Assembly (NCBI GenBank): GCA_002498185.1
Contig: DAGO01000089.1
Coordinates: forward strand, 12,118-70,939
DNA length: 58,822 nt
Reading direction: 5' to 3'
Source of the DNA: Euryarchaeota archaeon UBA10
GTDB lineage: Archaea; Thermoplasmatota; Poseidoniia; Poseidoniales; Poseidoniaceae
Shown here piece after piece: positions 37,701-46,392 of the stretch. Each line of letters opens with the position of its first letter. The first letter of the stretch is position 1. The notes beneath the pieces are model-generated. The model was not told the origin of the DNA. It made no database searches and worked only from the letters and a program-made list of their open reading frames with translations. A program made the translations under genes and the position numbers.

Positions 37701-40700
37701 CGGAAATTGGTCTGATTCATTCCACTTCTTGCTACCAGACATAACAACTTGGAGTATTGATTCGAATACTGCGGCTGTAGAGTTACACCACAGACAAGCA
37801 ATGCCTGCACTAAATCTGCCTAATTTCATTGACACTTGGGTTGCGGACTCAGGCGTAGGTGCAACTTCTGACCAATCATCGTCTTCAACCTTCAAAGTTG
37901 GAACTAGTACCAGCGGAGAAAACGCCACTGCACTGATTAAGATTCCATTAACTGAATTACCAAACCCACAAAATGCGCACATTTCAGATGCTGTTCTGAA
38001 CTTGTATGCTCAGTTTGGCTCTGATACAGGAAATGCAGTATCAGTACACCCTGCTCTAGTAGCATGGAATACCAGCGCTAATGGAACAACCTATGACGGC
38101 ATCAACAATTGGTCTAGCCCAGGAGCTATGGGAGCAAACGACCGAGGCGCTATGTCTGATGTGCAACAGGGTGCATCCGCAGATTGGATGGAGTTCGATG
38201 TTACAGAATTGGTTCAAGACGCCTTTGCAAACGGTGAATCTCACCTCTCCTTGATGATTGTAGGTTCAATTGGAGAGGGGCAAACAATCTTCTCATCAAC
38301 TGACGGACTTGCGAGCGAAAGGCCATGGCTAAATCTAACTTGGTCTAGTGGAAATGCATCGTCTCCTGAAGTTGCTGGAACAAACACTAACCCAACAATT
38401 GATGAAATCATTTGGGACACCTCTACTCACGCATTGCTTCCTGGAGCAACACCAACCTTCGCATGGAGCCACCCTAACGCATCAAACGTCGATGATTGGA
38501 GAATTTTCATCTGGGAAGATTACAATGACGAAAGAGCAGGTTGGACAATGTATGACAGTAGGGATTCTTCTGAAGGTTGGGACATTACCAATCTGACATG
38601 GACTTCGCCTGACGACCTATCAACCGGCGAATCGTACGAATGGTTCATTCAGCCAATTACTGACGATATTCTTGGAGCTAGAGGACAGGACACAATTTTC
38701 CACATACCTGCTGAAACTGGAAACAGTATCAATTCAACAGATGCTGAAATTACTCTGCAGGAAGGACAAATTGTCGAAGCCCTAGATTATCCTGCAATTT
38801 TCATGGACACTTACATTGACTCTGGATCAACAAATCAAGCATTTGAATCATCTCAGCGCCTATTACTGGGTAGGTCTAATTATTCATCTTCATTGAACTA
38901 CAGGTCTGTTTCCTTGCTGATGGTTAATTGGTCAAGTATGCCAATTCCAGCATCGCATGAGTTCATCTCTGCCACATTGACATTGCACAAACTGAGTGGT
39001 GGAGAGGATGGACAAGAGACCGTAAAAATAGCTGTATGCGAAATGTTCGATGAATGGAATCAAAGCGCTACTTGGAATGGCCCTACAGGCAGCAATTCAA
39101 GTTACACAGAACAGGAGTATAGTGGAGGTTGCGATACCCCATTCGAAGTTACAAGTGTAGCGCATGATGACTATACTGTTGATTTCGACATCACCTACGC
39201 TGTCCAACACGCCCATGCAAATGGAAGTGATGAAGTAAACCTAGGATTCTATGTTGTAGTCAACACATCTGACGAATGGCATTTCGCTAGTAGCGACTAC
39301 ACACCAGATGAATCTAAGAGACCTGAATTAAGTCTAGAGTGGAGGACTGGGGCACAGTGGCTTCCTTCTAAGCCAACAAATCTTCATCCTCTAGATGGTG
39401 AGACTATTTGGGACGAGAGTGCGTCAAGACCGCGTGGAGCTGACAATACTACAATGAATTGGTCTTCATCTGTAAACAACGAAACACGTTGGATTATGGA
39501 ATACTCCACAGAGCCATCATTCACAAATGAAACTTTGACTCTCAACCATGATTTCACAGATAACGGAACATTCAATGGAACATGGGACATTTCCAACTTG
39601 TCCTTCACGATTGAAAATAACATTACTGGAGATTACTGGCTTTACTGGAGAGTAAGGGCTGACCAAGACCATCGACTTGGAAGATGGTCTTCAGTCCATG
39701 CATTCAGAGTTCCAAATGCAATAGGTAGCGATGATGGAGCAGGCAATAATACTGTTACTCTGTTCCAGGGTTCAGTGTTTGAGGACACAGGTGATTTACC
39801 AGGAGTTCCTGACGCTACTATAGATTCTAACCGACCTAATTCTGCACTTGGCGATAACGGCCAACTAGATTTGGGAATATCGGCAGCTGGTTCTGGTGAA
39901 TCGAAGATTATCCTGACATTCGACTTGTCAGAATTACCATTCCCTGCAGCAATGACTCCTACCAATGCTTTGTTGGGGTTATACAGGCATAATGTTACTG
40001 GAACTTCATCTTTGACAGTTAGCGCACACGCATGTGATGCCTTTGCAGAAGACACCGTAACCTGGAATACTGCGCCTACATGTTCTTCGAGCGAAGTTAC
40101 TCGCTCAACTATGTTGGTTACTCCTACAAACGGATGGCAAGTATGGGATATTACATCGCTAGCACAATCTAATGTAGCCGATGGAAATAATACTCTAACC
40201 ATAATGTTGCAGTCTGTAGGAACTCCTAGCTCTGGACATTCCTTCCATGATAATTCGCATAGCCAATATAGGCCGAAACTTATCCTAGATTATGTTGATA
40301 ACGTGGACGGAGTTATTCCACCCGGTCAACCAACTCTAACATATCCTGGAGACGGAGATATCCTATACAATACCAGTACTTGGGTTCTAGAGTCTTTAGA
40401 CAAACCACAGTTGACATGGAATGCTGTAACTGATGCAACAGGTTACATTGTTACCATTGCAGACATCAATGGTGAACTGAAATACAAGTCATGGGAAGAC
40501 AATGAAATCAATGGAACTACATTCACATTCAGTCAAAATCTGACCGCTGGACAAGTTTACACTTGGTGGGTTCAAGCAATCAATGGCTCAATTCCAGGCC
40601 CTTCATCGAGCCGCAGAGCATTTGCAATCGGAATTCCTGTAGACCATTCATACAACGATGACCACACTTGGACATATACATTCCAGACAGGAAATGAAGT

Positions 40701-43700
40701 CGCAGATTTGGGGCACACCAACATCAGAGATTCTTACATTGGAAGCGGATTTGCTAACACGAATCACGGTTCTGAATCTATGATGGTCGGTACAAATTGT
40801 GAAGGAGCAAATACCGAATGTCGAATGATCTTCGCTCTTGATAACAGCCAGATTCCTTTGCCAATGGCTGCCAAGATTCATTCGGCTTCAATTAATCTGC
40901 AAGTTGAATCTGCAGCATCAGGAACCATGACATTGAGTGTTCACAGACTACTAACTAACGCTTGGTCACAAGCAGGTTCTACTTGGAACAGCTCCTCTGC
41001 CGGAGTTTCATGGAGCGCTGGTGGAATGACCGCTGGTGTTGAATATGATTCGACACCTATCTCAAGTGTCACAATCAATTCTGGAACCACTGAAGTTTGG
41101 ATGGATATCGGTCATTCTAGTATGTTGATGGATGGAGACCATGGTTGGATTGTAATTGCAAGCACCCCTGCAGGTTCACCTTCATGGGTTGAGTTCTACT
41201 CTAGCGAACACTCATTGGAGGAGAGGCCAAAGATTCTGATCAATTACACTGACGTACATTCAGTATCTATCTCTCCTTCCGGTTCAACAACCGATGCGGA
41301 CACAACAGTTCAGTTCTCACACATTCTAAACGATGCACTGGGAGGAATGGTTTCCGAAGATGTTGTTTGGGATTCAAGTGACGGTACAATCAACTCGACT
41401 GGAGTGTACACGCCAATGTCAGTTGGAACACACGATATTACTGCATGTTTCGGTGTAATCTGTACCACTGAGAGCATTACTGTAACACCTGGAGCACCTG
41501 TAACTCTAATTGTAGATGAAATATCCAGCACAATAACAGCTGATGAATCATTCACAATTATGGCACATGTCGAAGACGCAAATGGCAACACTGTCCCTGG
41601 AATGACTATTACATACACACCAAGCAATGGAACAATGAGTGGAACTACATTCTACCCATACACTGCTGGTTCTCAAACCGTGACAGTTGGATGGAGTACT
41701 CAGACAATTGATGTTACAATCGATGTTGTTGGCGGTGCCCCAGTGTACTACGAGACTTCAGGATGTGAGGAAGTAATCCACGCTGGAGAAACCTGTCAAC
41801 TCACTTGGACGTTACACGACCAATATGGAAATATGCTCAACCTCGAAGTTGGTGGAGGAATTACTTGGACCGTTGGCGGAGGAGTATTCACTGAAGCCAA
41901 TGGAACATTCTTCGCTATGACTGTTGGTAATTATGTCATCAACATGTCTTCGACTGGAGGAATATACCACGAGATTCCAATTCAGATTACACATGGTGAA
42001 ATGGCAAGCTTAGAGATTGATGCGTCTGACACATTCGTTACTGCTGATGATATCGTCTGGCTGAACACAACTCGAATCGACATAATGGGTAACCGCCTAT
42101 CAGTAGTAATTCCACAGGAGAATTGGACCATCAGTGATGGAATGATTACTGCAGGTCAACCTGCAGAGTGGCATGCTCAAAGGCGTGGTTCTAAGACACT
42201 AACTGCAAGTTATGCTGGAATGGAAAGTAGTGTAGTTGTGCAAGTTAGTGAAGGTGCAATTACCGGTCTCGTTCTGGTGATTGATTCTGTAGATTCAACT
42301 GGTTCCCTACAGGAGATAACTGCTGATGATGAAATCACAATCAAGGTCAAGGCTGTTGACTCAGATGGCAACAGATGGACTGAGAATGTTGCATGGACAA
42401 TTGAACACGTTCAGTACACTGACCAAAGTGTGTTACAAGAGATGACTTATGGTTCAACCACTATGTTCGTTCCAGTATTCGCATCAGATTCATTCTACAC
42501 ACTGCGTGCAACATACACGGATGCCAACATTACGATTGAAGTGACATTGGACATATCTGTTGACCATGGTGATTTGATCAGTGTATCTTTGATTCAACCG
42601 GTAGAATTGACTCAGAATATTGATGCTGACAACAGTTTGCAATTCCTACCTCAGTTGACTGATGGTGATGGTAACATCATCGACCCGTCAATCGTATCCT
42701 ATACTTTGGAAAACACTGATTCGGGAGAGAAAACAAACATCACTTCAGTCATAGTTGGTAACTCTGGCATTTGGGAAGCATCGACTGTTGGTAATTGGTC
42801 AATCACTGCTTGGGCTATCTCAAGTAGTGGATACAACATCTCTGAGACAGTCACGATTTCGGTCGAACATGGAGATGCAGTCACCGTCGATATCGACGTC
42901 ATTGCGAACTCTGCGAAAGCTGGTGACGTGTACACACTAACAATCACAGGTACTGACGCCGATGGAAACACATTCCTAGAGAGTGTTCTATGGACTCAGG
43001 ACAACAAGGCTGTACCTGCTTCAACAATTGCGGGGTCTGGAGGAATCTACAACTGGAGTGCGACAACTGCTGGAGAGCACACATTCAAGTTCCGCTCACC
43101 TAGTGGTGCAGAGGACACATGGACAGTGACGGTTGTTCCTCATCAAACTGTCAGCAGAATCGAGTTGACCATCCTTGATGAATCCGTGCTTCAACTAGAG
43201 ACATTCGATATTGAAGTGAGAACATTCGATGCTTGGGAGAATGAAATCCCAGTACCGCCAGAAACTCAAGTTAAGTTAACTGGCAGAATGACTGCTGAAG
43301 AAACCGAGAACGGTAAGTGGACAATCACCACCTTAGATGCAGAAGAGCAAACCGTAATGATTGCTGTTCACAACAAGGAAGTGTCAGACACAATTGTTGT
43401 CGAAGGCACTTTCATGGGATTCTTTGAAGCAGGAGGAACCTTGTATTACGCAGGAGGAATCCTAGCAATCCTAGTTGTAATCGTATTGCTGGTAGTGATT
43501 GTAATGGTTCTGCGCTCAGGAGGGTCTGATTACGATGACGATGACGACGATGATGACGACTATGAGTACGAAGAGGAAGAAACCGTGGCTCCTGCCGCTG
43601 CGGGACCTAGTGGACCACCAGTGGCAGCAGGTGGTCAAGAAGATTGGATGAGTGATTATCGCGTCGATGAAGATAACGTTGAGTGGGGAGAGGATGAGAA

Positions 43701-43758
43701 CGGAACCTGGTGGTACCGTGACCCTGGAACTACTGAATGGAATGAATGGGCGGACTGA
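34714..43758 (+). CDS. giant (3014 aa from ATG 34714) surface protein: signal/TM, ~7 DNRLRE/CBM96-like modules with FN3-like spacers, ~10 Ig-like (Big_2-type) repeats, C-terminal TM, poly-acidic and Trp-rich tail
   Basis: A single uninterrupted 9-kb ORF. It has an N-terminal hydrophobic segment and the recurring motif set described in the findings. The C-terminal TM is ILAILVVIVLLVVIVMVL, followed by DYDDDDDDDDDYEYEEEE. Confidence 0.85.
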   Translation: MSTNSRDRRKITTSLLLVLMFLFADLSLPQAIPNWTNDELDDTVTIMQTTSAFNVSKDAGILSSTPNSNYGTDETATLGLGISGESRILISFNNSVPSGDMVTDSILELTCGIDPLTISSIDIFASRLKTSWDEANVTWTSPDDGDNWGLSGADDDSDRDTWEPPFYGYANNTFQINVTAIVQDAVINSRGSIDILLAATGSEYTCHMSESTDTNSRPSLSITHQNGTHSNGGSLAPNFVDDGSALMDEDEFLLKAATNPELSWDSMSGSHAQVQLSNNIDFISDSDSAWYYNTVDNSSLFTINAGTGEGAMTVPNGHELSNSTTMYYRMRAVDSAGTIGTWNSGYFHLPGHSVSEVDGYGQFTFSFDDLGLVEKTIEDSFIDSTGAVKNTNMGSEANITVGSSSSADQYGLLRLNLDDVGMHHNSSIVSATLSLDRVSFSGSAEVSFHIMDGEDWTESGVTWRKYDGTYYWDDGGRVPSMSVGQFEGDQSSSAIEVNLTAAIQKWIDDNNAGSTTSESLELMMVASTWGIEESSSKFVNLCSTEATGCDQPKLDITYDWGSNGPPASPTHLSPTDGHSVWNLTGDNLSGNTTPTLFWDGSISWTGDMLMQVATDQEYRNIVRSFNTATTSEFSETDGNWSVPGDDSLQDGVMYHWRMAQVDSSSHHHSWWSTSSFLVSGLESEYLQDDEHRLRLSHGNATTAGDAPSCEDTYIDSGTPSNNYNGEDEMQVSYNTFPSETSILLGCDLTSHLLPDGYAVKTATLKMRLADYPSGTPTLGAWESRQHNWSESAATWSTFDGTNSWGTSGAKGWERAGLLDTESLGNSYSAGDWVELDITLAVQNAMRENRSVDLILGIVGVGSGADRDALFYPNSANSPNRPEISFVYVPGSDALPSEPVPQTPLNGSWSVETGINPAPDTSPQLTWNLTSTGVTIGGWSIEMDTSSSFDSPNLVMATSWTDTGFDVTNQTYDMTSELQTGNTWHWRVRATSATNQIGNWSDSFHFLLPDITTWSIDSNTAAVELHHRQAMPALNLPNFIDTWVADSGVGATSDQSSSSTFKVGTSTSGENATALIKIPLTELPNPQNAHISDAVLNLYAQFGSDTGNAVSVHPALVAWNTSANGTTYDGINNWSSPGAMGANDRGAMSDVQQGASADWMEFDVTELVQDAFANGESHLSLMIVGSIGEGQTIFSSTDGLASERPWLNLTWSSGNASSPEVAGTNTNPTIDEIIWDTSTHALLPGATPTFAWSHPNASNVDDWRIFIWEDYNDERAGWTMYDSRDSSEGWDITNLTWTSPDDLSTGESYEWFIQPITDDILGARGQDTIFHIPAETGNSINSTDAEITLQEGQIVEALDYPAIFMDTYIDSGSTNQAFESSQRLLLGRSNYSSSLNYRSVSLLMVNWSSMPIPASHEFISATLTLHKLSGGEDGQETVKIAVCEMFDEWNQSATWNGPTGSNSSYTEQEYSGGCDTPFEVTSVAHDDYTVDFDITYAVQHAHANGSDEVNLGFYVVVNTSDEWHFASSDYTPDESKRPELSLEWRTGAQWLPSKPTNLHPLDGETIWDESASRPRGADNTTMNWSSSVNNETRWIMEYSTEPSFTNETLTLNHDFTDNGTFNGTWDISNLSFTIENNITGDYWLYWRVRADQDHRLGRWSSVHAFRVPNAIGSDDGAGNNTVTLFQGSVFEDTGDLPGVPDATIDSNRPNSALGDNGQLDLGISAAGSGESKIILTFDLSELPFPAAMTPTNALLGLYRHNVTGTSSLTVSAHACDAFAEDTVTWNTAPTCSSSEVTRSTMLVTPTNGWQVWDITSLAQSNVADGNNTLTIMLQSVGTPSSGHSFHDNSHSQYRPKLILDYVDNVDGVIPPGQPTLTYPGDGDILYNTSTWVLESLDKPQLTWNAVTDATGYIVTIADINGELKYKSWEDNEINGTTFTFSQNLTAGQVYTWWVQAINGSIPGPSSSRRAFAIGIPVDHSYNDDHTWTYTFQTGNEVADLGHTNIRDSYIGSGFANTNHGSESMMVGTNCEGANTECRMIFALDNSQIPLPMAAKIHSASINLQVESAASGTMTLSVHRLLTNAWSQAGSTWNSSSAGVSWSAGGMTAGVEYDSTPISSVTINSGTTEVWMDIGHSSMLMDGDHGWIVIASTPAGSPSWVEFYSSEHSLEERPKILINYTDVHSVSISPSGSTTDADTTVQFSHILNDALGGMVSEDVVWDSSDGTINSTGVYTPMSVGTHDITACFGVICTTESITVTPGAPVTLIVDEISSTITADESFTIMAHVEDANGNTVPGMTITYTPSNGTMSGTTFYPYTAGSQTVTVGWSTQTIDVTIDVVGGAPVYYETSGCEEVIHAGETCQLTWTLHDQYGNMLNLEVGGGITWTVGGGVFTEANGTFFAMTVGNYVINMSSTGGIYHEIPIQITHGEMASLEIDASDTFVTADDIVWLNTTRIDIMGNRLSVVIPQENWTISDGMITAGQPAEWHAQRRGSKTLTASYAGMESSVVVQVSEGAITGLVLVIDSVDSTGSLQEITADDEITIKVKAVDSDGNRWTENVAWTIEHVQYTDQSVLQEMTYGSTTMFVPVFASDSFYTLRATYTDANITIEVTLDISVDHGDLISVSLIQPVELTQNIDADNSLQFLPQLTDGDGNIIDPSIVSYTLENTDSGEKTNITSVIVGNSGIWEASTVGNWSITAWAISSSGYNISETVTISVEHGDAVTVDIDVIANSAKAGDVYTLTITGTDADGNTFLESVLWTQDNKAVPASTIAGSGGIYNWSATTAGEHTFKFRSPSGAEDTWTVTVVPHQTVSRIELTILDESVLQLETFDIEVRTFDAWENEIPVPPETQVKLTGRMTAEETENGKWTITTLDAEEQTVMIAVHNKEVSDTIVVEGTFMGFFEAGGTLYYAGGILAILVVIVLLVVIVMVLRSGGSDYDDDDDDDDDYEYEEEETVAPAAAGPSGPPVAAGGQEDWMSDYRVDEDNVEWGEDENGTWWYRDPGTTEWNEWAD
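34870..41170 (+). repeat. protein-level tandem array of ~7 divergent DNRLRE/CBM96-like modules inside the giant ORF
   Basis: Each ~300-450-aa unit repeats three elements. (a) ..D(S/T)(Y/F)I(D/S)S....N.G, for example EDTYIDSGTPSNNYNG, FMDTYIDSGSTNQAF, DATIDSNRPNSALG, IRDSYIGSGFANTNHG. (b) An L.(F/L)(D/N)LS.(L/I)P......A.L.L block. (c) W.E..(V/A)TW.....W. Approximate module starts: 34870, 35840, 36838, 37826, 38800, 39805, 40723. Confidence 0.6.
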
Positions 43759-43806
43759 AAGAAACCTATACAATGGTAGAGATGAATGGAGTAAAAGGGG
43801 ATTAAT

Positions 43807-46392
43807 GTGAGAAAGGCTATTCTTTCCTTGCTAGTCATTCTGCTGCTCGTTCAAGTTGCTTCACCGGTTTTGGCATCAACTCCCGCAAGTATTGACATTG
43901 ATTCACATCAACAATCAGTCAGTGCAGACCAAGCTATCAGATTTACTGCTGTTGTAAAGGATAGTTCAGGAAGCCCAATCAACGAGCCTATTACTTGGTC
44001 TGCGAGTTCAGGAACTATCGATTCGGATGGACTTTTCACACCGGGTGCAGTTGGTCAAACCATCATCACTGCTACAAGTGGAAGCGTAAATTCTACTACC
44101 TCAGTTCAAGTAACTGCAGGATGGCCTGTCGGAATTCAATCCGGGTTTAATTTAACCGAAGTCAGTATTGATGATTCAATCCAACTCAATGCAACATTGG
44201 TAGATCGTGCAGGCAATCCAGTTGCAGGTGATTTGACATGGAGATGCCAAAATGGAGAAATCGATTATACAAACATGACTTGGCAACCTGATGAAATCGG
44301 CAACGCAGTAATGAGAATCATCTACTTGGAATTGGAGATTCAAGTTATCTTCAATGTCATACCAGGTAGCCCGAGTACACTTGAAATCCCATTCGGATTG
44401 ACTGTACAGAGTGGCAATACTATCCACATCATACCTGTGGCCAAGGATAGCTGGGGTAATGAAGTCGGGCTATCAAAGGCAGGAGATTTAACTTGGTTTT
44501 CTGAAAATGGTTCGATTTCACCAACCGGCGTTTATTTTGGAGGAGCCCCGGGCGTTTGGAATATTAGCGTCAATAGCTCATCAGGAGCATATGGTAGTGG
44601 AGTAATCCGAGTTCTACCGGCACAAGCAACCGGATTAGATATCGAAATGGATGTTACTCAAGCAAGAACCGGTTCTCCAGTAAATCTATCCGCTATCAGA
44701 ACTGATGTCCTTGGCAATTCAGGTGAAATCCTCATTCCTCTATCTAACTGGACTGTTCCAACAGGATCTCTTTCCATGGATGGAGATTCAGTGGTTTGGA
44801 TTCCTTCGAAGATAGGAGATTGGACTATTGGTGTCAGTGACCAAGGATTTTCTGCGACTTTACAGGTTAATGTAATTCAGGGGGAGATAATAGGAATCGA
44901 CATCCTGTTGTCTGAAGACATTCTAAGGTCTGGAGAATTAATTGTAGCCTCAATTTCAGCATATGATGCAGCAGGAAATCAGCGAGCGGTTGATGGTGCC
45001 TGGAGTATCGATAGTGAATTATCTGCTGTCGACCAAGGAGATTGGATGCAACTAAGACCTGGACCAATAGGAAATTTCACGATTTCTGCAACTTGGTTCG
45101 ACAATGAAACACAATTGGTCCACGAAGTTGATTCTTTAGTTCAAGTGAAATCTGGGGAACTTGCTAGAATCGTCCTTCCTGAAAGTGGCACTAGAGTACC
45201 ATCAGATGGAGTCTTGGAATTACAACCTATTTTCGAGGATGAATATGGCAACGTCATCGATGAAGTATTGGTAACTTGGGTTGTTGATGATATTGACATG
45301 ACTATGGAAATTCGTCTTGCAGAAAACCGCTGGGCTCCTTCTAGTATTGGAATGCACGAAATCCGAGCGATGGCACAGGGAGTTTTCGCCATTACGGATG
45401 TCGAGGTTGTTGCAGGAACAGCACGACATATCTCCACCGACTATGATGAAGGATTTGAAGTGGCAAGCGCAGAGGGTGTTGAGATAACGATATCCACCTT
45501 GGATGTACACGGCAATGTTGCTTTAGCCTCCGATATCGAATTTGAGTTTGAGGACCCTGAAGGAATTGTTTCACCATCCTCGAAAGGAGAAGGATACTGG
45601 GTAGTTACTGGAGGTTTAGCGGGAGAATGGAACCTGCGACTGACAACAGGTTCAGCAACCCACGACATCGCTGTTACAGTCACACCAGGTCAAGCGGTTA
45701 GGCTACTCGCAGAAATTCCTGAACAAAATCCTGAAGAAGGCGGTAGCATGATTATGAGAGTTTACGCTATTGACCAAGCAGGAAATCGAATTGAAGTTCC
45801 TCCTGAAGATGTCACTATCAAGTGCACCACTGGTTCTGTCAAGCATTTAGCTGGAGATACGTATGAGATATCAATCGAACAAGCCGGTCAATCACAATCA
45901 TGCAATGCTTACTGGAATGACTTAGTCGCACAACGCTTCTTTGACGTTGATGCTGTATTATTTGGAGGAGGATTAGGAGATTCAAACACCGCTCTAACGA
46001 TGGTTTCGATAATCATATTCCTCTTCATTGCAATAATGGTAGTATTGATTCGCAGATTGAAAGGTGAACAAGATGACGATGGATATTGGGATGATGATTA
46101 TGACGAATATGAAGAAGACGACTCCATTCCAGACGAAACAGTTCCAGATGAAATCGAAAATGTACCTGCAGAAGTAAGTAGCGAACCTTCCAGCACTGAA
46201 ACCGCGCCAGAGACTACTAGCGAATCAAAGGAAGACTTGCGTGCAAGGTTAGCAGCAGAAGCAAAGCGAACCGGAATTATGCAGGCTGCTCCGGGTACTG
46301 AACAAGGTAAAACAGGTTGGTACATTGATTCTGATGGTCAATTGACATCATGGCTTGTTAGTGAATCAGGTGAATGGACTCGAATGTCCTGA
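43807..46392 (+). CDS. surface protein with Ig-like (Big_2-type) repeats, C-terminal TM, acidic and Trp-rich tail
   Basis: A GTG start is followed by a signal peptide (MRKAILSLLVILLLVQVASPVLAS). There are about eight ~90-aa repeats of the type ...V.W.....G.I...G.ft....G...I.A. The TM is MVSIIIFLFIAIMVVLI, followed by EQDDDGYWDDDYDEYEEDD. Confidence 0.7.
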   Translation: MRKAILSLLVILLLVQVASPVLASTPASIDIDSHQQSVSADQAIRFTAVVKDSSGSPINEPITWSASSGTIDSDGLFTPGAVGQTIITATSGSVNSTTSVQVTAGWPVGIQSGFNLTEVSIDDSIQLNATLVDRAGNPVAGDLTWRCQNGEIDYTNMTWQPDEIGNAVMRIIYLELEIQVIFNVIPGSPSTLEIPFGLTVQSGNTIHIIPVAKDSWGNEVGLSKAGDLTWFSENGSISPTGVYFGGAPGVWNISVNSSSGAYGSGVIRVLPAQATGLDIEMDVTQARTGSPVNLSAIRTDVLGNSGEILIPLSNWTVPTGSLSMDGDSVVWIPSKIGDWTIGVSDQGFSATLQVNVIQGEIIGIDILLSEDILRSGELIVASISAYDAAGNQRAVDGAWSIDSELSAVDQGDWMQLRPGPIGNFTISATWFDNETQLVHEVDSLVQVKSGELARIVLPESGTRVPSDGVLELQPIFEDEYGNVIDEVLVTWVVDDIDMTMEIRLAENRWAPSSIGMHEIRAMAQGVFAITDVEVVAGTARHISTDYDEGFEVASAEGVEITISTLDVHGNVALASDIEFEFEDPEGIVSPSSKGEGYWVVTGGLAGEWNLRLTTGSATHDIAVTVTPGQAVRLLAEIPEQNPEEGGSMIMRVYAIDQAGNRIEVPPEDVTIKCTTGSVKHLAGDTYEISIEQAGQSQSCNAYWNDLVAQRFFDVDAVLFGGGLGDSNTALTMVSIIIFLFIAIMVVLIRRLKGEQDDDGYWDDDYDEYEEDDSIPDETVPDEIENVPAEVSSEPSSTETAPETTSESKEDLRARLAAEAKRTGIMQAAPGTEQGKTGWYIDSDGQLTSWLVSESGEWTRMS

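Noticed and set aside
39642-40202. Long antisense ORFs inside the giant gene: 186 aa here, plus 35694-36065, 37617-37982, 41310-41627 and others.
   Set aside because: They lie fully inside a 9-kb ORF that shows clear repeated domain signatures. Their translations are low-complexity and carry no recognisable motif. They are most simply a by-product of codon bias on the sense strand.
43528-43578. The poly-Asp/Glu coding run as a slippage-prone microsatellite for phase variation.
   Set aside because: The codons alternate irregularly (GAT GAC GAT GAC GAC GAT GAT GAC GAC ...), so there is no perfect nucleotide repeat longer than a few units. Any slippage would be in frame.
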